Notes: generated by a model not told the origin, from the sequence alone. A DNA stretch of 64,000 nt from Hamiltosporidium tvaerminnensis FI-OER-3-3 (GCA_022605425.2 CM061255.1:558001-622000); one strand, 5' to 3'. Numbered from the stretch's first letter, positions 12,921 to 25,363 are shown. Numbers and translations: made by a program.

Positions 12921-15848
12921 GAAATATAAGCCGCGCTTAATCTATAGACTATCCGCTATAATCTTGAATTACAACAGATCAAAAGAAACAATCGATAACC
13001 TCAATTTGTTCATCCTCAAAACCTAATGTAAAGAGAAAGGAACTGAGTAAGTAAGTAAAAACTATATTCGATTTTTGATTACATGCAGAATATTATATTT
13101 TGTTCCAAACCATCAGTAATAATTTGAAAATTTGCTTTTAAGTTCTTACTGATGGTGTATTCTTGTATATATCTAACGAGGCCTTGCCTGTTTTTGCGTT
13201 TTTGTTTTTCAGAAGCGTATATTACCAACGCTGTAAAAATAGTCTTATTTCAAAGTTTTTGTTGTCAGCGTATCACATTTGACTTGGGTGGCGAAGTGCA
13301 TCCCGTTTCTGTTTTTTTTTACTTAATTAGCCCGGTATGATGTTGAAATTCAAATTTGATGTTCCCCAAGACACTTGAAACTTCATACTTTTCTAACTTG
13401 CACTTATAGATTCCATAGGATTTTTAGGTTATAATATCAATGAAAGCAAACCTAGAATGTGTAATCATAAAGTAAAAATACTAACATAATTACACTACAC
13501 AAAGTGCATGTCACAAAAATTCGTACTATTACACGATTGTTGAATTTTTCTACATCAAAATTACACAGTAAATAACTTTGATAGGTCATCAACAACATTA
13601 TTCTGTAATATAAGCAAAATTTGATAAATTTCTAAAAAAATATATTGAATAAATCCTATTTAAAAATTTGTATTTATATTGTCTCATTTTTTAATTTGTT
13701 TCAATTTCAGATACTGTGATATAAAAGTATAAAAAAATATTTTATATGATTGTAAATTGTTTTACCTAAACACGCAATGTTTCTTGCCTTTCGAATAACC
13801 ATAAATTTATACAAAAAATAAATTAAATTTAACTTTAGAAGATAGAGGATATGTTTTGATACGCTAGATTGAGTTTAGGGATCAGCACTAAGAAATCTTA
13901 TCAAATATTGTTAGTAAGATTATGGCTACTGCAACAAGAAATATAACTTGTAAAAAACATCTAAGAATAATATATACGATAATCCAAACATAAAATATGA
14001 ATTTTTAAGAAAGACACTTCTTGGAACCGAGGGTACACGAAGACTGGAATAAGTAAGTAAAAAAATACTTATTTTAGTTCATTTGAAATATACTGCCGTG
14101 GTAAAAAAACATCTAAAATCATAATTGTATACTATAATACTAAGCTAAACAATTATTAAACTATCACTGTAACTACATTGATAGAAACTATATTTTTTAA
14201 TAGGTACATTCTCTGTAAAATTCGATAGATAAATATGTTTGTGTCAAAGTACATTCAAATAAATGTTTCATCTAGTTAATCTTGGTTTGAAAAAGATTTT
14301 ATGTTTAAAATACAAATCGAACAGATGTTTTTAGAAACTTTAAATTCTTGAAATGGAATAATGATTTTGCATTTAGAACGCTTGCAATTATGAAATATAA
14401 AAAACACAATTTTAAGATTCATTTAAACTATGCATTATCTTTGTAAATAAGAAAAAAATATTTTATCTAATAAATTTTAAGTTGTACAAAACTATAAATA
14501 ATTGTGAAATATATGGCAATACTTTTATTATATAAAAAAATCATAATATTTAAACCCAGCTAGATTGTAGATATATATAAAGAAGGTATTTGGACGAAAG
14601 ATATAAAGATCTATAATTAAAGAATTCAGAAGATAGGTAGAATTATAGTAAAATGGGCTAGAATTGGAAAAGAAAAACTATATCAAATAACTAGAGGATT
14701 ATATAATAAACATTCTTTCACATTATTTTAAATTTTGATCCTACAGTCAGAAGAATTCTAAACAGAAATTTTGTTTCGATTAGGTGTACTCAAAAAAAAT
14801 TCACGAAAAAAAGTGTTTGTATATCGGTGGCAGATGATTTAAAATAATTGTGTGATTAAAAGACAAAACTCTTCGGATTCATTAAATATTATTCAAACCT
14901 AAAGTCGTTATTTCAAAGATTGATTCTAACTAAGATGAAAACCTTTGAGATACAATGTTGAAAGAGTTATTTACGAGTAATATAAAATTAAATCCATTTT
15001 CTATGATTGTTGTCTTCAAGAACTCAATATTCTAGTTAGAATACAGAAGGCTGTTTTTTCGAAAGAATTCAAAAAACATTTATAATATTTTTTTGACGCA
15101 CAAATGATTCGAGTCTTGACTACAAATATAAGAAAAACGAATACAGCACATGATAAATTCCTATAGAAGACATTGGCATATTAAAAAGCTATATTTGAAC
15201 TTAATGTTTGCACCGAAATTCTAATTTTCAAAGTAGCGTATTATGTTTAAAAATAAATTCAACTCAAGCATACCTGAACTATACGCGCTATACTAAAATA
15301 TAGAATAGAAACCAGATTAAAGGAGGAAAGTGAAGAGAAAAAAAATATTTTTTATAAACACAGCGTATTATCATGCTTGTTCTTTATTTAACAAATAATT
15401 GATCTGTTTCTGAAAATTTTATAAAATGTCTGATTTTCACATTAATTTAATATAACCCTATCGGTGTCACATATACCTTTAAATTCGAGCACGAAATCAA
15501 ATTAGCTCTTAGGTCTTTCGGTATAATTCCGTTCGCTAATTTATATAATTTTTCATTTAATTTCAAAATTGGTTTTTTTAATGTTCCATGTGCTTACATT
15601 TTCAAAAATATATATTTTTGATTTGTGAGCGCCTATAATAGCTACTGTAAATATGTATATTTACAAAACACCAAAGAAATAGGAGCCAATAAGAATATTT
15701 TGCATTGTTTATTGACATTAATTGATCCTAAAATGGAATTTTAGCAATTAAAATCAGATTTATTTCAATTATAAAAACAAAGAATAACAATATAGAAAAT
15801 GAAATATAGACCAATTATCAAATAATTTTCAATCTTTTATAATTTTTT

Positions 15849-16112
15849 TTAATTATTATTTTTATATTTAGATTCATTTTGTGCAAAATTTATCGTGTCA
15901 TACGATAATTTAGTTCTTTCTAATAACGACTGTAGACTTTTATTTAATGAACGAAAATTTGTTGTTTCGAGTTCAATGCCCAAGAAGTTTTTTTGGGAAT
16001 TATATTTTGTTATCACGTCTTTATCATACCCATCATCTATTTCTACTGCCATTTGTATTGTTTCAGAATGATTTGTTGGTATTTCTAAGTAACATGTGAA
16101 TTTTTGATCCAT
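15849..16112 (-). CDS. PCC1: KEOPS complex subunit Pcc1/LAGE3-like
   Basis: 87 aa; pattern LEIP...AVEID...LGIELETTNFRSLNKSLQSLLERTKLSYDTI fits the Pcc1 family; CCCC motif upstream (CCCCGAATATG). Confidence 0.72.
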   Translation of the reverse strand: MDQKFTCYLEIPTNHSETIQMAVEIDDGYDKDVITKYNSQKNFLGIELETTNFRSLNKSLQSLLERTKLSYDTINFAQNESKYKNNN

Positions 16113-17574
16113 ATTCGGGGGTTTTCTATATATAATACTTTGTAAAATATTTTTTTATAAATTCGATGAAGCAGAAATATTCAAAAATTTCTTTATGAAA
16201 TCTTATTAGATTAATAAGTGGTTCTAATCCTATTTTGGATGTAAAGTTTGAAGGTATGGTTTTTTATTTAAATTTTTACACAGTTTGTACTTGTTTTATC
16301 ATAAAAAAAGGTTTAAATTTATTTGTAATTATTTTTTATGTGCTGAAAACAAATAAACTATGAATTGCGAATGGAAATGTTTGAAAAATAATAATAAAGG
16401 GCTTGTGACATTATTAATTGTTTTGAAATCGACTTTCTAACTTTGAGTCTTAAAAACTATTTTGTATGTTTTATCATTTAAAACAATTATTCGATAACCG
16501 GCAATATTTGTTTAAATATGCTTAAAACTTAAATAAAATGTAACCATTTTGAAGGAATTAAAACGTACAAACATACTCATGACGAACTTATAAATTATTC
16601 TTACATTCGTTTTTGACTTAAGCAACATTTTAACACAATATAACAAAAATAGAGGAATTTTTTTTAAAATGTTATATTGATATAATTTTGGTGAAACTAT
16701 CAAAAAAATAATCTGAAAAGATTGTTCAAATTTTTATAAATTCATAAATTTATTCAATATAGTCATTTAAAGCATTATATTATCTTAAATCATCATATTA
16801 TTAAGCTCTTCATCTTCTGAATGTTTTTGAATATTCAAATGCCTTTATAATGTAAAAATTTAATTTTTTGTGGTCGATTAATCTTTTATTACGCGTTGTA
16901 GACACCAACCACAAAATTTCTTTTTGAAGTTAATAATTTTAAAAAGTGAAAAAACACATTATGTGGATCACTATTTGTTAAATATTTTCTATGCAGTCGC
17001 ACTAAAAATATTGCCATAGAATTGTTTAAATGAATTCTTATGATTATTTTCGTTTAATATTTAGAGCCCGTGAAATGGTGTTTTTCTACAAATATATTTA
17101 TTTAACGAAAGTATTCGATTTGAAACTATAATCCTGTTAGTTTTATGCTGTTTTTTTTTTTCGTGATGTTTTACGATTTGAATATAAATATTTGGTTATA
17201 TCCTAGAAAATATATCTAATAAGGGATTTTTAGTGATATTTACACCTGAAAAATAGCAGATGTTACGGTAGATCTTTTCTAAAAATGAAACCACAGCATG
17301 CGTTTCAACATTACTGCGTAATGAAATAATTATGAAAGTTAAATATAATGATAGAAATGTTTGAAAACAGGCTTATATTGTGAGAAAATTCTTTATAACG
17401 TTGATTCGGTTGATTTGTGTTTTTTTTTAAGAAGACTCAAATCTGTCGAAAAATGATCTAAATTTTTATTAAATTACAAATCATTATTTAAAAGTATCAC
17501 ATCTTTTTAAAATAGTGGCAAGTGTTATATTTGTTTTTATAACATTAATGCAGTTCTAGTTTAACATAAATGAC

Positions 17575-18211
17575 TGCTACCCCAACACTCCATCGGTAAC
17601 CCCTGAGATACCTACGCCCCAAAGACTTCATCTACTAGGTGTGTAGAACCTAATTAATAGGCGAGGCAGTTGCCCGGAGTTTGTTAATGTCCGTTGCATG
17701 GAGTGTGATCGAAGGCCGAAGCCCCTACTGGGCTCCCCCAAGACTATGCAGCATTACCACTTACTCTACACTTTCTGAACCCAATAAACTTCTAGCTAAG
17801 ATTAATTTCAGAGATTTACATGGGTCCACCTAGACAGTGCAATGTCATACCAACAGGTATAACCTACTAATTAGTATTCCTTGTCTTTTTAAGGGGGTTA
17901 TTTTATATATCACCCGGGTGCTATGTCTTCTAACCTGAGTGAACAAGGATAGGTTTCCATGCTTTTACATGGCAATTACCTACATGTTCAGCTGCGGTCT
18001 GCAATCTGGTTACATAAAAAACTACAAATAAATTTGTAGAAAAAGTTTCTCCATTTCTTAGACCTTCCTCTTCATAACAATTCCCATGGAACAACCGAAG
18101 ATGTAGTGTGGTTGTATTCCCACCAAAAATCCAAACAAAGATTTTCACACCAGATTCACACACTCATTGCCAAGCAGTTAGTTTTTTATGTGTTCATCTT
18201 CCCTCCACCAT
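17575..18211. repeat. Unclassified dispersed ~630-bp repeat, copy 1 (inverted relative to copies 2 and 3)
   Basis: GC-richer island. Its reverse complement (TGGTGGAGGGAAGATGAACAC...GGTATCTCAGGGGTTACCGATGG) is colinear with 27765-28610 and 49455-50080. Confidence 0.75.
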
Positions 18212-18346
18212 GTAAAATGTTATAAAATATGTAGATTTTTTTTGCTATTTGTTAAATCTATATTTTTTTTATGAAATTTTTAGATTAGTTCCCATTAAAT
18301 ATTTAATAAATAGAAAAAATAATTGCGTTTAATTATTAGTATCTTT

Positions 18347-19719
18347 TTACTTTCTTTTAATTGAGTTTCGTTTTTTTGGAGGTAATGGTGGCTTATTATC
18401 GGAATTTTTCTGATCGAACGATTTAGTTAAATCGGAAATAATACTTTCTGATGATAAAGCCGAAGGTGTGGATGCAGAAGTAAAAGATTCGACTTCGTCG
18501 CCTTGATAATTTCGACATGTAAAACCATAACTTTTCACGCCGTCCTCTGCTCCAATCAAATTTAGATTAGATAGTATATATTCTTTTACGGCTTGAATTT
18601 TCTTTAAAGAACCTCGTTCCAATATATCTGTTTCTTCTACTTTTGGATTCGTATCGTCACTGAGCTTCTTAATTCCACATATTTCTTCATTCAATGTAAT
18701 TCTATATTTGTTAAAGATCCCTTGAATATTCTCCAAGATATTATTCAAATTCATACTTAGCTGAGGAATATATTCATGAACTAAAATTAAAAAAACTTGA
18801 AAGTTTTCTGTAGTGAAAAAATGCTTATATTGTTTTTTTGTCACATCAAAACATGTTATAATTGATTCAATTCATTTGGATAAATCTTTTCGACATTTAC
18901 AAAAAATATATTCAAAAAACAAAAAATATTTTTTATAAAATCGACATATGTATCTGTTAACCAGTATATTTCGTCTGAAGTATTGTAAAACTTGTTTTCA
19001 AACATTTTTTTAATTGAATATACAGTCATTGGTTTAATTACTTTTGACGAAAATTTTTTTTTTATCAAATCAAATTTTGGCTTTGGAAAGATAATAAGAC
19101 CATTATGTTTAGAGAAATGTAATTCATAATCAATTAGTATGGGTAAATACGACACCAACAAAGTAATTATGTCAGAACACAAATGGATTAAAATCATCAT
19201 CTTAAATAATTGATAGGATTCAATTAATAAATCGTTAAATTGACTTTCATTTGTAGAATTTACAAATTTTTTTACGCGATCTTGTAAAAATTTGACCTTT
19301 TCAAATGTTTCTTTTGATATTTCATTCATTAACTCTGGATTACATTGAATTCCACGATTTTTCGTAGTCAAAACGCTTAACACATTATCAGAGATATCTA
19401 AAAAACGGTTCATTTTAATCTTTTTTTCTTCAGGAATATAAGATTTTCCTGTTGGCGTAGCTCGTTCAGAGAAACCAATGCTAGGTTTAGGACTTCCTTG
19501 ACTAAAATTATCTCGCATTGATTTATTTTCCGAATAAATTTGAAATGCTTGATACAAATATAAAGTATTTCCATAAGATTTATTTTCTTCTGATTCTGTA
19601 TTTTCAACAGAAAAATCATGCTTTTCATAACAATTGGTTGCTTTATCTAAATTTACTTTTCCCTTCTGAGGCTTCAAACCGCTCCCTAAAATTGCATTAA
19701 ACACCAAAAAAAACTTCAT
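18347..19719 (-). pseudogene. Putative secreted orphan protein (~457 aa) split by one frameshift near 18870
   Basis: ATG at 19719 gives a signal-peptide-like MKFFLVFNAILGSG. Adding one A in GAA(A)TT near 18871 joins YPNE to IESIITCFDVTKKQY of ORF 18347-18844. The frameshift could be a sequencing error. Confidence 0.6.
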
Positions 19720-20547
19720 TCCTTTTATTTTAAAGTGACCATAAAAGAAATGTTTTTTTACTTTTATTGTCCAAAAAAGTAAGAATTTAATTCGCAAAAA
19801 ATAATTATTAAAGCGTTTTAAATGGTAAATTAAAAACAAAATTTTCCAAAAAGATTCATTGCATCATATATTATAAAATTTTTTATTATTTTTTCTTAGA
19901 ATAACTAGAAGTAAAATTTTTATACGATTATTGGGAAGTATAATTTGAATATTTGCTTAAAATTATTTTAAACACATTGAAAATGTAAGAAACTTTGCTT
20001 AGATAATTTAAATTATTATCATACACAAGTTGTAAAACAATATGAAAAATATAATTTGAATGTCTATGAAATAGAATTTAATGTCGTACGATATATTGCC
20101 CCCTCCACAACCTGTTCCCCTGCTAAATTTTAGCCTGGTCAAAAGTAAAATCAAACAGATCATCACATCTGACAAATCGGATAGCGCCTGAAACATCATT
20201 CGTATTTATACTTTTTTTTGGCAGGAATATATTTGTTCTGTAACAATAAAAGAATTTCGAAGAATAAAACTAATTATAACCCAAAAAATTATACATAAAA
20301 TAAAAACATATTTTGAAACTAATTTAAAAGAATAAAAAAAATAAAATAAGAAAAATTAAAAAGAATGTAAAAAAATTAAAAAAATATCCGAAAAATAAAA
20401 AAGAAAAGTTACCAAATAATAGAAAAATTTTGTTTTAATGTTATTTTCTTTTACTTAATTTTTTAATGTTTAGCTTATTTGTTTTTTTTTACTTTTCCAT
20501 TATATATGGCACACTTTTGTATTTTAATCAAAAATATGAAAATTTAT

Positions 20548-23500
20548 TTATTTAATAAAATTCTGGGTTAAAATATTTTTAACATTTTTATATGTTTTCT
20601 TCTACCTCTTTAACCACTATTGTTTCTTCTTCCAAATCCGACTCTTCATTTATGTTATTGGTCGGTTCCTCCAGAGTGGTTCCTCCTTGTGAAATAAGGG
20701 GTGTATTATTTTTTGGTTTTAAAATTTTAACACCATCTTCCTCTCTTTTCGCTTCTTTTAAAGGGGGTATTGGTTCCTCATGCATCTCTGATCTCATAAT
20801 AACACCCATTGACGCTCTCTCCCAGCTCTCTTCGGCATTTAGTCCTGACTCAAGTCCTCTTCGTCGATCAAAGGAAATTGTTTCGACTGTTTTCTTAAGT
20901 ACTATAGACTGAATGTATGCCTCTACATTCATGGGTATTTCTAGTCTTTTAAGATGAGATTTATGGTATTTTGTCACAATACCGTCCCAGGTCATCACAT
21001 AAGGGATTATCTCAACACTACACTTATAAATAAGACCCAACTCATTGGCTAGCAGGTCATACTTCCTAAGTTTTTCAGTTTCAACTATTTGAAGTGAATC
21101 TTGGGAAGTGATTCCTACTTCAATGAGTGTTATCTTATTCTTCTTCTTATCTAAAATAAATATGTCCGGTCTGTTATTCCGAATTTTAACATCAGTTTTA
21201 ATTCTGGTGTCCACTCTTATCTCTGCATACTCATTATCAAGAATTTCTTGAACTGAGTGGCTCCTTATTCGTTTTGAAGACTTAAACTTATATCTATTTA
21301 GAAGAAGAAGGTGTAGGCATCTGACCACTTCATTATGCCGTCTAGTGTAATCATGGCCTAGCATTTTTTCGCATCTAGTTGCTAGATGATCCACAGTCTT
21401 ACCAGACTTCCCGCAATGTTGACACACACCATCTGCTCCCCAGAATACATTTCTATCCTGGATATAGCAGAACACAGCTTCATTTCGTGGCCTAATATTT
21501 CCTCTCTTTAGCCACCTTGAAGAGTCACTAACACTCACAAGCTCATTTTTTCTTGCATTATATAACTTTGAATGGAGTTTTCGTTTTTCTATTTCGTTAT
21601 ATAGTTTTGCAAGTTGAGCTTCTTCTAAACTTTTCTTAGTGACTTCTTCTACCAACCTGTACTTTACTTTTAAGAAGCCTTTTATTAGTGCAAGATGGGT
21701 TTTATTATTATTCTCCACCTTGAGGATTGCTGCTCGTCTAGTTGATATTTCTTTACTTTTTTCCAGACAATCCAAGAGTTGCAGAAGCATATGTTCGCTT
21801 CTCAACTCAACACTATGTAGGCCTCTTCCAAGTTCTGTTCTAGGAAGATACAACCGCTCTTTACATCCTGGGCGGAGATGTATCTTATTTTTAACCAACA
21901 CCGCACGCACTGCATCATCTAACTTAGAGAAGTCAGCCGGTTCAAGTCGAAGTACTCCTATGTGGTAGTTGATTAACGATATCGCATGTTGATTGATTGC
22001 AGAAAATAAATTTTTTGCATTTAATCTAGTGTGACAAAGTCTTTCAACTCTTGATATAAGTTTGCTCTGTACTTCTTCAAATGAGCTACGTGTTGGGATT
22101 CCTCTGCTGTCTTCTATTATTCCTAAATATTTGTAAACACTAACACCTTCTAGAAGAGTAGCAGTATCTTCACAACACGTATCATTTGTGGCTGACTTCT
22201 CTTTGTTAATCTCTAAGCCAATCACCTCTAAAAATTCCTTTGCCTCGCCTGTCATAGCACTCAATGTGGAGCTGTCTTTTGCAAGGAGCTTAAGATCATC
22301 AATAAACAAGAGATGATTAGTAGAATGGGATTCTGCATCTGTTTGTACTGTCACTTTTGTGTATTTTTCATTAAGCTTTCGGCTTAATGGATCCATACAC
22401 AACACAAATAACAAAGGTGACAGACTATCTCCTTGTAGAATCCCTCTATCAATCTTCTTGCTCATGATTTTTTCAGGCCCTACTGATATATCAATTTTCC
22501 ATTTTGATATAATTACCTTAATAAATTTCAGGATCCAATCAGGTAAATTAAGGTTTTCAATGCATTGAGTTAAATAAGCATGATCTATTGAATCATAAGC
22601 TTTTTTAACATCAATCCATGTTGCCTTAAGATTATTTCCATACTCTTTATTTAAGGCAATATTCAGTAGAGCCTGCTCTTTCGCTCCCTGCACACCTCTT
22701 ACCGCCCCTAATTGGTTCTCTGCAAGCAACCCTCGCCTTTCCACTTCAAGTTGAACGACCTTTGTTACACACTTTGTCGTTAACTTGTAGAGGTTGGACA
22801 TACAAGTGATTGGCCTGTAGTCAGAGCCTCTTCGTGGAATTCCTTTCGGTATCAAATACGTAAGCCCGCAGTAAAACCAATCAGCTTGAGGTGTTCCTTC
22901 TAAACATATAACTTTCACAATATCATAAAGATATTTGTGAAGAGTTGTAAGTTTCTTAATGAAAAAATTGTAAATACCATCAATTCCAGCAGCTTTCCAA
23001 TTGGGAAGCCAATTAATGATATTTACAAATTCATCAAGTGAAGGAAACGTGGTCGGATGATTATCTGATACAAATGGAATCAAATAATCATCGTACGTGA
23101 CTGTGTCATCATTTTTGTTCCACATTGTAGACCAAAAACTCACAATTTCATCACGGCTAACCACATGCTCAATTTCTACACGCTCAGATAACCCACGATA
23201 AAATCGACCTCGGAAAAGCTCAAACATACGATTCTCTTTTCGGAATTGCTTCCTACTTTCATGCATCGTAATTTTTTTCTCGTAAACATTCAAAGACTCA
23301 TTCTTCTTAACTAAAGCCTCAGAAAGATCAGTTACGCTGCTCAAGTTTAAATTAAACTCTCGCATGATTTTCTTAAGGCTCTTCGTTTCCGAAGTGGAGA
23401 GCTTTTCCTGCTTACGCGCCTTCTCGAGAAGATCTTTGGAAAGTACTAACTTAGAAATTTTACTTTCTATGTTTTCCTTCCAAGCGGATCTAGGCTTTTC

Positions 23501-24350
23501 TTTGCGTGTTGCCTCGTCATAGCATACCTGCGCAGCTTGCATGATATACGCGGCTTCCGTAATTGACTCAGGTACATGAGCTCCTGCATATTCACCGACT
23601 ACTCGATTAATGAGATCCAGAACTTTACTATCAACCAATTCATTTGGATGTTTTCTAGTTCGGACCACCACTTTTCCAATTTCGTTCTCAGAGATTTCTT
23701 TGATTTTACTCAAGAATTTATCTCTCAGGTTTATGTACTCCGTGGTGTCGGTCAAGGTGCATGTATCAGCGAGACAAGTGGCGATTCTACGTCGCTCTCC
23801 ATTCTCTTCTGATTTTACATCCTTTCCCATCTCACTTTGTGCCAATTTTTTTAACACTTCGAGAGTTTCAGTGCAGCCGAATTTCTCATTATAGTACCTG
23901 TGAAGCTCTGTCCAGCCATTTCTTGGCATTCTTTCAAACCTTGTCTGTACTGCAAAAAAAACAATTCGAGGCCATTCCTTCGGGTCGGCTGTTACGGAAT
24001 CGAATATCGTCCGCAATGCCATTAGCCTGTTACCTTCTGGAATAGCTAGAGTACAGGGGCTTGTCATGTCGTACGATGGCTCGCACGCAGAGACTTCAAC
24101 CGAAGAGGGAACTGGTGCATTAGGCGAAGGTAAGGTGTCAAGCCCACTATTTTGCATTTTACTGCATGTTTGGCTTGGTGGTGGAGGTGTTATTGTTGTG
24201 TAGGAGGAGGAAGGTAGGGGAATCGCCGGTGGGTGTAGCTTACATTTTTGTATCTCACTATCACTCTTTTTCACCTCATCAGCGTCGTTTGCAGCCTTTA
24301 TTTTGGTATTATTCGATATTTCGCTGCTAACATTTTTCTTTCTACCCATT
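20548..24350 (-). mobile_element. Full-length intact non-LTR retrotransposon, R4/Dong-like RLE clade, subfamily A
   Basis: Single long ORF; short 3' UTR TAACCCAGAATTTTATTAAATAA; 11-bp direct repeat TGAAAATTTAT at 20537-20547 and 24350-24360. Confidence 0.95.
20588..24349 (-). CDS. Reverse transcriptase + CCHC zinc knuckle + restriction-like endonuclease polyprotein (1253 aa)
   Basis: RT motifs WKAAGIDGI, YRPITC, DVKKAYDS, GILQGDSLSP, LFIDD and YKYLG; CQHC...HLATRC knuckle; RHNEV; RPDI...IEVG...KLRKY PD-(D/E)xK endonuclease. Confidence 0.97.
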   Translation of the reverse strand: MGRKKNVSSEISNNTKIKAANDADEVKKSDSEIQKCKLHPPAIPLPSSSYTTITPPPPSQTCSKMQNSGLDTLPSPNAPVPSSVEVSACEPSYDMTSPCTLAIPEGNRLMALRTIFDSVTADPKEWPRIVFFAVQTRFERMPRNGWTELHRYYNEKFGCTETLEVLKKLAQSEMGKDVKSEENGERRRIATCLADTCTLTDTTEYINLRDKFLSKIKEISENEIGKVVVRTRKHPNELVDSKVLDLINRVVGEYAGAHVPESITEAAYIMQAAQVCYDEATRKEKPRSAWKENIESKISKLVLSKDLLEKARKQEKLSTSETKSLKKIMREFNLNLSSVTDLSEALVKKNESLNVYEKKITMHESRKQFRKENRMFELFRGRFYRGLSERVEIEHVVSRDEIVSFWSTMWNKNDDTVTYDDYLIPFVSDNHPTTFPSLDEFVNIINWLPNWKAAGIDGIYNFFIKKLTTLHKYLYDIVKVICLEGTPQADWFYCGLTYLIPKGIPRRGSDYRPITCMSNLYKLTTKCVTKVVQLEVERRGLLAENQLGAVRGVQGAKEQALLNIALNKEYGNNLKATWIDVKKAYDSIDHAYLTQCIENLNLPDWILKFIKVIISKWKIDISVGPEKIMSKKIDRGILQGDSLSPLLFVLCMDPLSRKLNEKYTKVTVQTDAESHSTNHLLFIDDLKLLAKDSSTLSAMTGEAKEFLEVIGLEINKEKSATNDTCCEDTATLLEGVSVYKYLGIIEDSRGIPTRSSFEEVQSKLISRVERLCHTRLNAKNLFSAINQHAISLINYHIGVLRLEPADFSKLDDAVRAVLVKNKIHLRPGCKERLYLPRTELGRGLHSVELRSEHMLLQLLDCLEKSKEISTRRAAILKVENNNKTHLALIKGFLKVKYRLVEEVTKKSLEEAQLAKLYNEIEKRKLHSKLYNARKNELVSVSDSSRWLKRGNIRPRNEAVFCYIQDRNVFWGADGVCQHCGKSGKTVDHLATRCEKMLGHDYTRRHNEVVRCLHLLLLNRYKFKSSKRIRSHSVQEILDNEYAEIRVDTRIKTDVKIRNNRPDIFILDKKKNKITLIEVGITSQDSLQIVETEKLRKYDLLANELGLIYKCSVEIIPYVMTWDGIVTKYHKSHLKRLEIPMNVEAYIQSIVLKKTVETISFDRRRGLESGLNAEESWERASMGVIMRSEMHEEPIPPLKEAKREEDGVKILKPKNNTPLISQGGTTLEEPTNNINEESDLEEETIVVKEVEENI

Positions 24351-25155
24351 GAAAATTTATAAAATATAAAGAATATATGATTAAGATAGCAAAATACACT
24401 TTAAATTAAAGGGTTTCAAAAAAATGTTTTTTTACGGCGTTGATCAACATGTATTTACCCTAATTTACAGAATTTAACAAGTAAATGCATTCAAGAACAA
24501 AAGAGAAACAAAATAGAAGAGGGACAAAAAAAATAGCAACAAAAAATTACGTTCAATTTTAGTAAGTAATTCTTTAAAAACCTAGTATATAGAATATGGG
24601 AATTTAATTGAAATGGATGGAATTTTAATTTTAAATATATAAACATTAGTGTAAGTCTGAGACGATGGGATTTTATTGTAAGTTCTTTTATTTTTTGACA
24701 GGGGGAACATAATAAAATACGACAAGAAAAAATATTATGGCCATTCAGGAACTAAAAATTCATGATAATGAATATAAAATGGATGTATTTAATGTCTAAT
24801 ACTTTAAATGCTGCACTTCCTGGTTTATTTCATGATGGATTTACACCATTTTAAAATTTTATAGTAAACTTAAAAGAAGATATTACGATGTGAAATAGCA
24901 TGACAGGTCGTATGCATATACAATATAGAATTTAAATTTAAGATCAATTGCGATATGTTTTAAAAAAAATTCTACAAGGAGTGAAGAAAATATCAAGGCG
25001 TGGTTTTTAGGCAAAATCAATGGTTAAATGTATTTTAGATAAAAAAGGCTGGGAAAACATTTCTTATATTGACTTAAACAGATTTTTGTGAAAAAAAGGT
25101 AACGGTTAAAAATGTAATAAGTAATAACATCGCTAAAATTATCAGCCATTATAAT

Positions 25156-25350
25156 TGTTGCGGCACAGTCCATAATGCTCACACGTTATTTTCAAAGTGT
25201 TTGAACCCGGTTATTTTCTACAAATTTATATTTAAAGCCCCCCCTTAGATTAGAATATAAAGTATTTTTTTTTCTGAATATTATAGGGTCAAGTCAAAAA
25301 AATGCTTATATAACTTTAATTTTATTTTTTCCTCCAAAAATATTTATCTT
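25156..25350 (-). mobile_element. Isolated right-end fragment of a Ginger-like element
   Basis: The reverse complement (ATATTTTTGGAGGAAAAAATAAAATTAAAGTTATATAAGCATTTTTT...CCGCAACA) resembles the subterminal regions at 40600-40821 and 53230-53408. Confidence 0.55.
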
Positions 25351-25363
25351 TATAATTTTAAAC

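Noticed and set aside
14560-15300. Possible decayed integrase fragment (RIGKEKLYQ-like peptide)
   Set aside because: Too degenerate; no TIRs or DDE motifs could be confirmed.
20592-24045. Several + strand ORFs inside the retrotransposon, recurring in other copies (45258, 53713, 54676, 55396)
   Set aside because: Antisense shadows of the RT ORF with non-ATG starts; they recur only because the element is repeated.
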